The notes below the pieces were generated by a model that saw nothing but the letters and a program-made list of their open reading frames with translations, made no database searches and was not told where the DNA came from. The position numbers and the translations under genes are program-made. Shown one piece after another: positions 24,263-37,847 of a stretch of DNA of 64,000 bases (position 1 is the stretch's first letter; every line of letters begins with the position of its first letter). Source of the stretch: Chiloscyllium plagiosum (Eukaryota); contig NC_057720.1 of assembly GCF_004010195.1 (NCBI RefSeq), positions 4,909,776-4,973,775 of the forward strand. The letters are read 5' to 3'.

Positions 24263-27200
24263 GCTGGTAGTCACACCTCAGTTGCATGAAAGAGGCAGAT
24301 GGGTTACGGTCAAGGGACAGGAGGGAACCAGCAGGCAGTATAGGGAATCCCTGTGGCTGCTCCCCTCAACAACATGGAAACTGCTGCGGGGGTGGGGGGT
24401 GGGGACTTGCTAGGGGTACACCATGGGGTACAGTTCTCTGGCACAGAGTCTGCCCCTGTTGCTCAGAAGAGAAGGGGGAAGAGGAGCAGAATATTGGGGA
24501 CTCATTGTTAGGGGGACAGATAGGAGGTTCTGTGAGCATGAGAGACACTCACGGCAGGTGTGTTGCCTCCCAGGTGCTAGGGTTCATGATGTCTCGGATC
24601 GTGTTTTTGGCATCCTTGAGGGGGAGGGGGAGCAGCCCCGAGTCATAGGCACCAATGACATCGGTAGGAGAAGGGATAGGGATTTAAGGCAGAAATTCAG
24701 GGAGCTAGGGTGGAAGCTTAGTGCCAGAACAAACAGAGTTGTTATCTCTGGTTTGATCCCCATGCCCATGCCTCTACAAACAGGATGGTCTTCACCTGAA
24801 CCAGAGAGGTACCAATATCCCTGGGAGGAAATTTGCTAATGCTCTTCGGGAGGATTGAAACTGATTCGGCAAGGGGGTGGGAACCGAAATCGTAGCTCCA
24901 GTGTGTAAGAGGTTCAGAGCAGTGAGTTCAGAAATAAGGTTTCAAGGTCGCAAGAGTCCACTGGCAAGCAGGAAGTTGATTTGAAGTGTGTTTATTTCAA
25001 AGCCAGGAGTATCTGGAATAAGGTGGGTTAACGTGCACCATGGGTTGATACCTGGGACTTTGATGCTGTGGCCACTTCGGAGACATGCATAGAGCAGGGA
25101 CAGGAATGGTTGTTGCAGGTTTCAGGATTGAGATGTTTCAGTAAGATCAGAGAAGATGGTAAAAGAGGGAGGGGTGTGGCATTGTTAGTCAAGGACAGCA
25201 TTACGGTGGCAGAAAGGACGTTTGAGGACTCTTCTACTGAGGTAGTATGGGCTAAGATTAGAAACAGGAAAGGAGAGGTCACCCTGTTGGGAGTTTTCTA
25301 TAGGCCTCCGAATAGTTCCAGAGATGGAGAGGAAAGGATTCTTGATAGGAGTGAGAGTGACAGGGTAGTTGTTACGGGGGACTTTAACTTTCCAAATATT
25401 GATTGGAAATGCTATAGTCTGAGTATTTTAGATGGGTCAGTTTTTGTCCAATGTGTGCACGATGGTTTCCTGACAAGGAGAAAGTGAGGACTGCAGATGC
25501 TGGAGATCAGAGTCAAGAGTGTGGTGCTGGAAAAGCACAGCAGGTCAGGCAGCATCTGAGAAGCAGGAGAATCGATGTTTCAAGCTTTTGCGCCAAACGT
25601 CGATACCCCTGCTCCTCGGATGCTGCCTGACCTGCTGTGCTTTTCCAGCATCACACTCTCGACAGTATGTAGACCAGCCAATAAGGGGCGGGGCCACATT
25701 GGATTTGGTATTGGGTAATACACCCAGCCAGGTGTTAGATTTGGAGGTAGGTGAGCACTTTGGTGATAGCGACCATAATTTGGTTATGTTTATTTAGCGA
25801 TGGAAAGGGATAATTATATACCAGAGGGCAAGAGTTGTTGCTGGGGGAAAGGGAATTATGATGCGATTAGGCAAGATTTAGGATGCAGAGGATGAGAAAG
25901 GAAACTGCAAGGCACAATTGAAATGTGGAGCTTGTTCAAGGAAAGCTACAGCATGTCCTTAATAAGTATGTACCTGTCAGGCAGGAAGGAAGTGGTCGCG
26001 TGAGGGAGCTGTGGTTTACTAAAGAAGTTGAATCTCATGTCAAGAAGAAGAAGAAGGCTTATGTTAGGATGAGGCGTGAAGGCTCAGTTAGGGTGGTTGA
26101 GAGTTACAGGAAAGACCTAAAGAGAGAACTAAGAAGAGCCAGGAGAGGACAAGAGAAGTCGTTGGCAGATAGGATCAAGGAAAACACTAAAGCTTTCTAT
26201 AAGTATATCAGGAATAAAAGTCTGACTAGAGAAAGATTAGGGTCAATCAAGGACAGTAGTGGGGAGTTGTGTGTGGAGTCTGAGGAGATGGGGAAGTGCT
26301 AAATGAATATTTTTCATCAGTATTCATCTTGGAAAACGACAATGTTGTTGAGGAGAATACTGAGATACAGGCTACGAGACTGGACAGGATTGAGGTTCAC
26401 GGGAAGGAGTGTTAGCAATTCTGGAAAGTGTGAAAATAGATAAGTCCCCTGGGCTGGATGGGATTTATTCGAGGATTCTCTGGGAAGCCAAGGAGGAGAT
26501 TGTTGAACTTTTGGCTTTGATCTTTATGTCGTCATTGTCTACGGAATAGTGCCAGAAGACTGAAGGATAGCAAATGTTGTCCCCTTGCTCAAGAAGGGGA
26601 GTAGAGACAACCCTGGTGATTATAGACCAGTGAGTCTTACTTCGGTTGTGGGTAAAGTGCTGGAAAAGGTTATAAGAGATGGGATTTGTAATCATCTAGA
26701 AAGGAATAAGTTGATTAGGGATAGTCAACACGGTTTTGTGAAGGGTAAGCCGTGCCTCACAAACCTTATTGAGTTCTTTGAGATGGTGACCAAAATGGTG
26801 GATGAGGGTAAAGCGGGTGATGTGGTGTATATGGAGCTCAGTAAGGTGTTTGATAAGATTCCCCACGGTAGGCTATTGCACAAAATACAGAAGCATAGGA
26901 TTGAAGGTGATTTAATGGTTTGGATCAGAAATTAGCTAGCTGAAAGAAGACAGAGGGTGATGTTGATGGGAAATGTTCATCCTGGAGCTCAGTTACTAGT
27001 GGTATACCGCAAGGATCTGTTTTGGAGTCACTGCTGTTTGTCATTTTTATAAATGACCTAGATGAGGGCGTAGAAGGATGTTGCAGGTTACAGAGGGACA
27101 TAGATAAGCTGCAGAACTGGATTGAGAGGTGGCAAATGGAGTTTAATGCAGAAAAGTGTGAGGTGATTCTCTTTGGAAGGAGCAACAGGAATAAAGAGTA

Positions 27201-29010
27201 TTGGGCAAATGGTAAGATTCTTGGTTGTGTGGATGAGCAGAGAGATTTGGTATCCATGTACACAGATTCCTGAGTGTTGCCACCCAGTTTGATAGGGTTG
27301 TTAAGAAGGCATACAATGTGTTAGCTTTTATTGGTAGAGGGATTGTGTTTCAGAATCATAAGGTCATGCTGCAGCTGTACAAAACTCTGGTGCGGCCACA
27401 CGGAGTATTGTGGACAGTTCTGGTCGCTGCATTATAGGAAGAGGAGGAGGTCGTGCCTGACAAACCTGTTGGAATTCTTTGATGCGGTGACAAGTAGGTT
27501 AGACCAGGGAAACCCAGTGAATGTGGTCTATCTAGACTTCCAAAAGGCCTTTGATAAGGTGCCACACGGGAGGCTGCTGAACAAGGTAAGGGCCTATGGT
27601 GTCCGAGGTGAGCTACTGGTATGGATTGAGGATTGGCTGTCTGACAGAAGGCAGAGAGTTAGGATAAAAGGTTCTTTTTCGGAATGGCAGCCGGTGACAA
27701 GTGGTGTCCCGCAGGGTTCAGTGTTGGGGCTGCAGCTGTTCACATTATATATTAATGATCTGGATGAAGGGACTGGGGGCATTCTAGTGAAGTTTGCCGA
27801 TGATACAANNNNNNNNNNNNNNNNNNNNNNNNNNNNNNNNNNNNNNNNNNNNNNNNNNNNNNNNNNNNNNNNNNNNNNNNNNNNNNNNNNNNNNNNNNNN
27901 NNNNNNNNNNNNNNNNNNNNNNNNNNNNNNNNNNNNNNNNNNNNNNNNNNNNNNNNNNNNNNNNNNNNNNNNNNNNNNNNNNNNNNNNNNNNNNNNNNNN
28001 NNNNNNNNNNNNNNNNNNNNNNNNNNNNNNNNNNNNNNNNNNNNNNNNNNNNNNNNNNNNNNNNNNNNNNNNNNNNNNNNNNNNNNNNNNNNNNNNNNNN
28101 NNNNNNNNNNNNNNNNNNNNNNNNNNNNNNNNNNNNNNNNNNNNNNNNNNNNNNNNNNNNNNNNNNNNNNNNNNNNNNNNNNNNNNNNNNNNNNNNNNNN
28201 NNNNNNNNNNNNNNNNNNNNNNNNNNNNNNNNNNNNNNNNNNNNNNNNNNNNNNNNNNNNNNNNNNNNNNNNNNNNNNNNNNNNNNNNNNNNNNNNNNNG
28301 CCAGAGAGTGATGGGCCTGTGGAATTCATTGCCGCGGAGTGCAGTGGAGGAAGGGGCGCTAAATGTCTTCAAGGCAGAGATTGATAAATTCTTGATGTCA
28401 CAAGGAATTAAGGGCTACGGGGAGAATGCGGGTAAGTGGAGTTGAAATGCCCATCAGCCATGATTGAATAGCGGAGTGGACTTGATGGGCTGAATGGCCT
28501 TACTTCCACTCCTATGTCTTATGGTCTTATGGTCTTAGGAAGAATATGGAAGCTTTGGAAAGGGTTCAGAGGAGATTAACTAGGATATTGCCTGGTATGA
28601 AAGGATGGTCCTGTGAGGAACTGTTGAAGGACTTGAGGCTGTTTTCATTAGAGAGAAGAAAGTTGAGAGGTGACTTAATTGAGACATATAAGATAATCAG
28701 AGAGTTGGACAGTGAGAGCCTTTTTTCTCAGGTGGTGATGGCTAGCACGAGGGAACATAGCTTTAAATTGAGGGGTGATAGATTTAGGACAGATATCTGG
28801 GGTAGTTTCTTTACTCAGAGAATAGTAGGGGCATGAAATGTACTGCCTGCAATAGCATTAGACGTCAAGGTCATTTAAATGGTCATTGGATAAACATATG
28901 GATGAAAATGGAAAAGTGTAGGTTAGATGGGCTTCAAATTGTTTTTACAGGTCAGCGCAACAAGGGCCGAAGGGCCTATATTGTGCTGTAATGTTCTATC
29001 TTCTACGTTC
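24263..29010 (+). mobile_element. Near full-length, disrupted CR1 LINE (ORF1 SGNH esterase; ORF2 APE endonuclease plus RT) with a nested PLE hairpin (25476-25641) and a nested second CR1 (27443-28535)
   Basis: ORF1 motifs IGDS, CLPGARV and GTNDIG; EN motifs GDFNFPNIDW, DLVLGN and SDHN; RT motifs YRPVSLTS, QHGF, PQGSVL and FADDT; 3' ttctatc/ttctacg tail. The nested copy ends in (tcttatgg)n with TSD taggaaga at 27435-27442 and 28536-28543. Confidence 0.92.
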
Positions 29011-31775
29011 TCCTGCTCCTTGGTGGAGAAAGTTGGGTGGCTCAGTGGTTAGCACTACTGCCTCACAGCGCCAGGGACCTGGGTTCGATTCCAGCCTCGG
29101 GTGACTGTCTGTGTGGAGTTTGCACATTCTCCTCTGGGTTTGCACAATCCAAAGATGTGCAGGTTAGAGGGATTGCCCAGCATGTTAGGTGCATTAGTCA
29201 GAGGGAAGTGAGTTACTCTTCGGAGGGTCGGTGTGGACTTGTTGGGCCAAAGGGCCTGTTCTATAGTGTAGGTAATCTAATCTCGGATACTAGCTGACAG
29301 GCTTGCTTTCCCAGCATCACATTTTTTGACATGGAGGGCAGTAAGCTGTCAATTTTAGCTTGGATGGTGAACTTGCAATTCCATTTCCCACAGATTGCTT
29401 TATTCTCAATGCACTCCGAACTTCTGTGAATGTACAACAGAATCACAGGGTCCTTACAGCATGGAAACGAAGCCCTTTAGCCCATTGGCTCTGTATTGGT
29501 CACTAAACACCCATCTGTTCTAGCCCGTACCCTTGTATCTTACGGCTTTTTGAGTTCTTGTTGAGATCATTCCTAAATCTCTTGAGGATTCCCATCCGCA
29601 CTACCCTTGCAGATGGTGAGTTTTGGATAGCCACAACTCTCTGGGTGAAAAAAGTTTTTTCTCTACCTCTCTCTAAACCTCCTGCTCCTTACTTTAAAAC
29701 CGTGTCCCCTTGCTACTGAACAGAAAGGTTTCATACAATCCCTACACGGTTTGGAAGTAGGCTATCCGACCCATCAAGCCCACTGATCCTCCAAAGAACA
29801 TGCTACCCCCTACCCTGTAACTCTGCATTCCCATTGGCTAACCCACCTACCACACCTAACCACCTAACCCATCCCTGGACACAATGGACAATTTAGCATG
29901 GCCAATCCACCCTAACCTGCACATCTTTGGACTGCGGGAGGAAACTGGAGCACCCGGAGGAAACACATGCAGACACGGGGAGAATGTGCAAACTCCACAC
30001 AGAGTCACCCGTGGGTGGAATCGATCCCGGGTCCGTGGCACTGTGAGGCAGCAGTGCGAACTACTGAGCCACCATTTCTCGCTATCTACCCAGTCTATGT
30101 CCCTCAGACCTCAATTAGCACCCCCCCCCCCCCTCAAATTTCCTCCACTCTGAGGAAAATAATCCTCACCTATCCAGCCTCTCCATCCTGGGCAACATCC
30201 TGGTGAATCTCCTCTGCACCCCCTCAAGTGCAATCACATCCTTCCAATAGTGTGAGGACCAGAAATGCACACAGTATTCCAGCTGTAGTTTGACTTTATG
30301 TTATATACAGTTCCACCATAACCTCCCTGTTCTTGTACTCCATGCCTCAAATAATAAAGGCAGACATTCTATATGCCTCATGAGCACTATCATAGAGTCA
30401 CAGAGTCAGAAAGATGCACAGCTCAGAAACAGAAGCCTCTGTTTCGTCCATCTCGATATCCCAGCCTAATCTAGTCCCACCTGCCAGCACCCAGCCCATA
30501 TTCATCTAAACTCTTCCTTTTCATGTACCCCTCCAGATGCTTTTTAAATGTTGCAATTGTACCAGCCTCCACCACTTCCTCTGGCAGCTCATTCCATACC
30601 CGTACCACCCTCTGCATGAAAAAGCTGTCCCTTAGGTCTCTTTTATATCTTTCCCCTCGCACCCTAAGCCTATGCCCTCTAGTTTTGGACTCCCTCGCCT
30701 CAGGGAAAAGACTTTGTCTATTTATCTTATCCATGCCCCATAATTTTGTAAACCTCTATAAGGTCACCTCTCAGCCTCCAATGCTCCAGGGAAAACAGCC
30801 CCAGCCTGTGCAGCCTCTCCCTGTAGCTCAAACCCTCCAACCCTGGCAACATTCTTGGAAATCTTCTCTGAACCCTTTCAAGTTTCACAATATCCTCCGA
30901 TAGGAGGTCTTGCTGCTTTCAAAGATCTGTGGATAGGCACAGCAAGATCTCGCTGATCCTCCATACTTCCCAGGATCCTGCCATTCACCATGTGCTCCCT
31001 TGCCTTGTCACTCCTCCCAAAATGCATCACTCCATACCTATTAGGATTGGATTCCATTTGCCACCATGCAGTCCATCTGACCACCTTGTCTATATTACCC
31101 TGTAGCCTATGGGTTTCCTTCTCGTTATTTATCACATCTCCAATTTCCATGGTATCTGCAAACGTACTAATCATACCTGAGACATTTATGTCAAGATTGT
31201 TAACTTACACTGCAAGCAGTGAGGGAGGCAGCACTGAACCCCATGGTACAGCACCGCTGGGCACGACTTTCCAGTCACAAAACAACTCTTCGCCTGTCAA
31301 CTCCTGCTTCCTGCCATGAGCTAATCTTGGACCTCGTTATCCTGAATCCTACGAGCTCTTAGCTTCTTAACCCAGTCTGCCATGTGAGACTTTGTCAGAA
31401 GCTTTACTGAAGTCCATGCAGACTACATCAAATGGTTCCACAGGTCGGCGCAACATTGAGGGCCAAAGGGCCTGTACTGCGATGTAATGTTCTATCTTCT
31501 AACTGCACTATCCTCATCAGCACACCCAGTCACCTCCTCAAAAAAGTTCCAGCTTGTCGCACTTTGAATATTGTTGAGAAGAGACGTGCGCTGCTGAAGC
31601 ATTCAATTTTACATGTAAGAATGCCAAATTTCAAGCCATCTCAACAATTTACATTGTAGGAGAAAAGAGTGCAAATTGGCTGACAGGTTGGGAGGGACAA
31701 GTTGCGCTGAGGTTGGAACTGGCTGATGATTGAAGTGGCAAGTTTCTTACCCACGTGCTCCTGTCCACTTTGCAG

Positions 31776-31962
31776 AACCCCCCGTGATTCATTCTGGATT
31801 GAAAGACATGAAAGTCTTAAAAACAACACAGTCTGGCTTTGAGGGATTCCGAAAAGATCGATTCACTACGCTGCCTGAAGTGAGGGACAGAGTGTTCTCC
31901 ACCGTTGTGTTTGCTAAATGGCGTTACAGTCGGCCCAGACATGTCAACTTTGATGCTGCCTG
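31776..31962 (+). CDS. uox: Urate oxidase coding exon 5 ([25 protein letters not shown]...DRVF...FDAAW)
   Basis: Acceptor ctttgcag|AA, donor TG|gtagga; 187 nt, phase 1/2. Contains the uricase signature [12 protein letters not shown]. Confidence 0.97.
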
Positions 31963-32458
31963 GTAGGAATTTGCAACTGCTGCGTGTTAATGTCATACTT
32001 ACAATTTGTCTTTTCTCTGGTCCTCACTTACAAGAGTGGAGCCATGGATTTCCACTGGATTGGTCAACCTTTACGGCCAATATATGGCAGCGGTTAACAT
32101 CAAAACATAGAACATAGGAGCTGGAGTAGGCCATTCAACCCCTTTGAGCCTGCTCCACCACTCAATACTGATCATCCAACTCTTGGTTCTGTGATAATGG
32201 GCCACTTGCTGTTGCCAATCCAGACGGATTTTCTGTGAACAGTCCCTTTCCAAAAGGTTGGGAGCTGCCCCTTGTACCACCATTAAAAGGAGTCAGACTG
32301 TCTGTTGCCCATGTGTATCGGGGTTATTGTGGTCCCAATAATACATAAGGGCTTCCCAGTGTATGTGGCCAATCCAACCATCGTGTCTCACAGGCTTAAA
32401 GGCTGGATGTTCCATCAGAGGTTCCTAAAGGTTTTCTCCATGACTTGTGGCACATGTA

Positions 32459-32617
32459 GTCAGAAGTCAGCCGATATCCGGTTGTAGTCCAACAGGAATA
32501 TTTGAAATCACAAGTTTTTGGAGTGCTGAAGCATCACCTGACAGAGGGGTAATGCTCCGAAAGCTTGTGATTTCAAATAAACCTGTTGGACTGTAACCTA
32601 GTGGCATGTGACTTTGA
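32459..32617. mobile_element. Second, more decayed copy of the family-2 fold-back element
   Basis: Shares gaaagcttgtgatttcaaataaacctgttgga with 40955-40986 and has the inverted arm; core degraded to ctgacaga at 32538. Confidence 0.7.
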
Positions 32618-33176
32618 GTGTGAATTGGACTGAGGAAATGCTGGGTGTGTTTGGGGTCTGACACATGGTAAATGCAAGTTTGATACCAATAGCAGTGACC
32701 CATACACTGAGAATTCTCAACTTCAGGCAGTGAGGGATTGTCAGACAGGACACTGGTTAGGCCACTGTTGGAATATTGCGTGCAATTCTNNNNNNNNNNN
32801 NNNNNNNNNNNNNNNNNNNNNNNNNNNNNNNNNNNNNNNNNNNNNNNNNNNNNNNNNNNNNNNNNNNNNNNNNNNNNNNNNNNNNNNNNNNNNNNNNNNN
32901 NNNNNNNNNNNNNNNNNNNNNNNNNNNNNNNNNNNNNNNNNNNNNNNNNNNNNNNNNNNNNNNNNNNNNNNNNNNNNNNNNNNNNNNNNNNNNNNNNNNN
33001 NNNNNNNNNNNNNNNNNNNNNNNNNNGTGCTGGCAGGTGGGACTAGATTGGGTTGGGATATCTGGTCGGCATGGACAGGTTGGAACGAAGGATCTGTTTT
33101 CATGCTGTAAATTTCTATGAGCTATGATCTATAACTGATGGAACATTAGGACTAACCAGATGACTGTTTTCTCTAG

Positions 33177-33300
33177 GAATAGCGTGAAGGATGCTATCAT
33201 TGAGACATTTGTTGGTCCCTATGACTCTGGAATATACTCTCCGTCTGTCCAGAAGTCCCTCTATGATGCTCAGTGCCTCTGTTTGAGCAGAGTTCCAGAG
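33177..33300 (+). CDS. uox: Urate oxidase coding exon 6 (NSVKDAIIETFVGPYDSGIYSPSVQKSLYDAQCLCLSRVPE)
   Basis: Acceptor ttctctag|G, donor GAG|gttagt; 124 nt, phase 2/0. Contains the YSPSVQ motif. Confidence 0.96.
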
Positions 33301-33957
33301 GTTAGTGTCTGGTTTAAGTAACTGCCTCCAATGTTTCTGTCAGTACCAGCCATTGCACAGAGTGGATGTCTACTGCTTATCCTCTGCTCTCACTATCTCA
33401 CTGCAAGGCACTGGTCAATGCAATCACTAATCTTTTCACACTTTGGGAATATCAATTTCCCACACTCCTTCCCATTATAAAAGGGAGGCAGTTTTCTTCA
33501 TTACGAGGGACACTACTGAATGGTACCCATGACAACTATCTCGGTTTTCATGGTGGAAGACACCAGCAGCATTCCAGAACTTCAGGAGAGTCAGGGAGCA
33601 GAGGGGAGTGTAGTGGCCATCACTAAGGAGAAGGTGCTGGAGAAGCTGATAGGTCTGAAATTGGATAAATCACCTGGGCTAAATGGGCTACACTCCAGAA
33701 TTCTGAAAGAGATAGTGGAGAAAATTGTAGAGGTATTGGTGGTGATCTTTCAGGACTCACTGGAGTCAGGGAGGCTCCCAGAGGAATGGAAAATGGCTAA
33801 CATAACACCCATACGAGAGAGGGAAAAGACAGAAAATTATAGGCCTTGACCTCAGTCATTCATAACATTTTAGAGTCCATTATTAAGGATGAGTTTGTGG
33901 AGTACTTGAAAGGCATGGTAAAATAGGGCTGAGTCAGCATGGCTTCATCAAGGGAAA

Positions 33958-34237
33958 TTGAAAAGTGTGGTGCTGGAAAAGCGCAGCAGACCAGGCAGCA
34001 TCGGAGGAGCAGGAGAATCGACGTTTCGGGCATGAGCCCTTCTTCACGAGCCCTGATTCCTGAAGAAAGGTTCTCTGCTCATTCCTGAAGAAGGGCATGT
34101 GCCCGAAACGTCGAATCTTCTCTTCCCTAGATGCTGCCTGACCTGCTGTGCTGTTCCAGCAATAAAGTTTCAGCGCTTTTCCAGCACCCCACTTTTCAAC
34201 TCTGGTCTCCAGCATCTGCAGTCCTCACTTTCTCCTA
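33958..34237. mobile_element. Fold-back PLE mini-element nested in CR1 fragments (about 33520-35715, +)
   Basis: TSD cttc(a/g)tcaagggaaa at 33943-33957 and 34238-34252; contains the hammerhead at 34081-34116. Confidence 0.85.
34081..34116 (+). ncRNA. Minimal hammerhead ribozyme motif (PLE family 1), sense in uox intron 6; best-preserved copy
   Basis: ATTC-CTGAAGA(34085-34091)-A-GGGC atgt GCCC-GAAA(34105-34108)-CG-TC-GAAT. Stem I AUUC/GAAU, palindromic ACGU stem III, GUC triplet, predicted cleavage after 34112. Confidence 0.7.
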
Positions 34238-37200
34238 CTTCGTCAAGGGAAAGTTGTGCCTAAAAATCTGTTACAATTCTTGAGGAGGTAATGAGCAAGT
34301 CAGACAAAGGAGAGGCAGTGGACATCACCTATTAGGATTTCCAGAAGGACATTGACAAAGTAACACTGAGGAAGCTGCTAAATAAAAGCTCATGATGACA
34401 GGGAAAAGGTACTGGCTGGATGGAGGATTGGCTGACTGACAGAAGGCAGTGAGTAGGGAACAAAGGATCATTTTCAGGATGGCAGCCAGTGAATGGTGGA
34501 GTTCCACAGGGGTCAGTGTTGGAATCACGACTATTCATATTATACATTAACAATTAGGCGGCACAGTGGTTCAGTGGTTAGCACTGCTGCCTCACAGCGC
34601 CAGGATCCCAAGGTTCAATTCCAGCCTCAGGTGACTGTGTGGAGTTTGCACATTCTCCCTGTGTCTGTGTGGGTTTCCTCCCACAGTCCAAAGATGTGCT
34701 GGTCAGGTGGATTGGCCATGCTAAATTGCCCATAGTGTTAGGAGCAATAGTCAAGAGGGCAGTGGGTCTGGGTGGGTTACTCTTCGGTGGGTTGGTGTGG
34801 ACTGGTTGGGCCAAAGGGCCTGTTTCCACATTGTAGGGAATCTAATCTGTGAAGGAACTGAGGACATTGTTGCTAATTTGGAAGATGATCCATGGATAGA
34901 CGAAGGGACAGGTAGAATTGCAGATGGACTTTTGTAAGGTTATGCACTTTGGTCGGAAGAATAGAGGTGTAGACTATTTTCCAAATGGAGAAAGGCTTTG
35001 GGAATCTGAAGAACGAAGGGACTTTGGAGTTCTAGTTCAGGATTCTGTTAAGGTTAACATGCAGGTTCAGTTAGCAGTTAGGAAGGTAAATGCAATGTTC
35101 ACAATCATTTCAAGAGGGCTAGAATACAAGAGCAGGGATGTACTGCTGAGGCTGTGGTCAGGCCACATTTGGAATATTGTGAGCACTGTATCTAAGGAAG
35201 AATGTGCTCGCTTTGGAGAGGATCCAGAGGAGGTTTACAAGAAAAAACCCCAGAAATGAGGAACTTCTCATGTGAGGGGTGGTTGAGGTCTCTGGGTCTG
35301 TACTCTGGCATTTAGAAGGATGAGGGGAATCTAACTGAAACTTACAGAATACTGGGTTAGGTTAGGTGTACTATTTAGAGGTAAATGTAGAGTAATAGAT
35401 TCGCGGAATGGGTCTGAGTGGGTCACTCTTCGGAGGTTAGGCTGAAGGGCCTAGTTCCACAAGCGAGAAAAGAGATGGGGAGGAATTTCTTCAGCCAGAG
35501 GGTGGTGATTCTGTGGAACTCACTGCAGAGCACTGTGGAGGCCAAGTCTTTGAGTGTATTTGCAAGGATAGATAGGTCCTTGATAAGTAAGGGAACCAAG
35601 GGTTACAGGGAGAAGGCAGGAGAATGGGGTTGAGAAATATATCAGCCATGATTGAATGGCAGAGCAGACTCGATGGACTGAATGGCCTAATTTCTGCTCC
35701 TTTATCGAATGGTCATGGCATTTTACAAAAACCCGTTTGGTTTACTGATATCCTTTAGGAAAGGAAATCTGCCATGACTCCAGATCCACAGCAATGTGGT
35801 TGAGTCCTAATTACCTTCTGTAATGACCCAGTAAGATACTCAGTTACAAGGGCAACTAGGGGTAGGCAACAAATGCCAGCCTCGCCAGCAATATCCACAT
35901 CCCATGAGAGAATAAATAATTAAATATTGATTCCTTCGCTGCTGAGCTAAATACTAACCTGCACTATGTCCCTCTGAACTGTTCACCTTCGATTGCCAAT
36001 ACCCCAAATCCTAATATTCTAGTGTAGCTGAACACTGTGTCATTCGCAGGACAAACAATGCTAGAATGGATTACTGTATCATTGAGCTTAAAGGTTACGT
36101 TTATTTGCTGACATAATGACGTAAGGCTTTGTGTGCGAGGGACAATTTCAAAGTTTGCAAATGACACGAAACTTGTATGAATTGCAAACTGTAGGGGAGA
36201 CAATGTGGAACTCCTGAAAGGTATTTGACAAGTCGGTAGAGTGGATGGATAGGTGGCAGAGGAGGTTCAATGCAGAGAGTGTGAGGTGATGCAGTTTGGT
36301 CTGAAGAAAGTTGAAAAGCAAAATGAGAAAGGGGGTGCAATTCTAAAGGGGTGCAGGAACAGAGAGACCTGGAGGTATATGTACACAGATCACTGAAGGT
36401 GGCCAAGCAGGTGGGGAGAGCAGTTAATAAAGAAGACAGTGTCCTCGGCTTTATTAGTAGGGATGTAGAGTACAAACAGCAGGGAGATGATATGTAACTT
36501 GTATAAGACACTTGTTAGATCTCATGCTGGAGTACCACGTGCAGTTGTGAGCACCACATTATAGGAGAGATGTGAACCTATTGGAGAGCGAGTGCAGAAG
36601 CGATTTACAAGAATAGTTCCAGGAATAATTTATTTCAGTAAGGCGTTTGATAAGGTCCCCCATGGTAGGCTACTGCACAAAATACAGAGGCATGGGATTG
36701 AGGGTGATTTAGTGGTTTGAATCAGAAGTTGTCTAGCTGAAAGAATAGAAAGGTGGGTTAGTAAATTTACGAAAGGTACAGTTGTGGATAGTGATGAAGC
36801 AGAGGGACACAGAGAAGCTGTAAAGCTGGGCTGAGAAGTGACAAATGGAGTTTAATGCAGAAAAGTGTAAGAAGATTCACTTTGGAAGGAGTAACAGGAA
36901 TGCAGAGTCCTGGGCTCTTGGTAAGATTCTCAGTAGTGTAGGTGAGCAGAGAAATCTCGGTGTCCATGTACATAGATCCCTGAAAGTTGCCACCCAGGTT
37001 GGTAGGGCTCTTAAGAAGGCATATGGTGTGTTAGCTTTTACTGGTAGAGGGATAGAGTTTCAGAACCATGGGGTCATGCTGCAGCTTTACAAAATGCTGG
37101 TTCAGCCGCACTTGAGGTATTGCATACAGTTCTGGTCACCGCATTATAGGAAGGATGTGGAAGCTTTGGAAAGGGTTCAAAGGAGATTAACTAGGATGTT

Positions 37201-37847
37201 ACCTGGTATGGAGGGAAGGTCTTAGGAGGAAACGTTGAGGAACTTGAGGCTGTTTTCGTTAGAGAGAAGAAAGCTGTGAGGTGACTTAATTGAGACATAC
37301 AAGATAATCAGAGGGTTAGATCGGATGGACAGTGAGAGCCGTTTTCCTCAGAATGTGATGGCTAGCACGAAGGGGCATAGCTTTAAATTGAGGGGTGATA
37401 GATATAGGACAGATGTCAGAGGTAGTTTCTTTACTCAGAGAATAGTAGGGGCATGGAATGCACTGCCTGCAATAGTAGTAGACTCACCAACGTCAAGGCC
37501 ATTTAAATGGTCATTGGATAAACATATGGATGATAATGGAAATGTGTAGGTTAGGTGGGCTTCAAATTGGTTTTACAGGTTGGCGCAACGAGGGCCGAAG
37601 GGCCTGTACCGCGCTGTAATATTCTATGTTCTAATAAGAAGCTTCAGCGATGAGAATAAATGGAAGAAGCTGGGATTTTTCTCCATGGAGAGGAGGCTGA
37701 CAGGAGATTTGATAGAGGTTTTGAAAACCGAGAGAGGGGCTGGATAGAGTAGACAGGGAGTATTTTTCATGTGATGTGGGTGTTTTTGGCAAAGCTGTTT
37801 GTAAAAAAAACCGGAAATACACTGAAACAAGGATAATGTTAGAAAAC

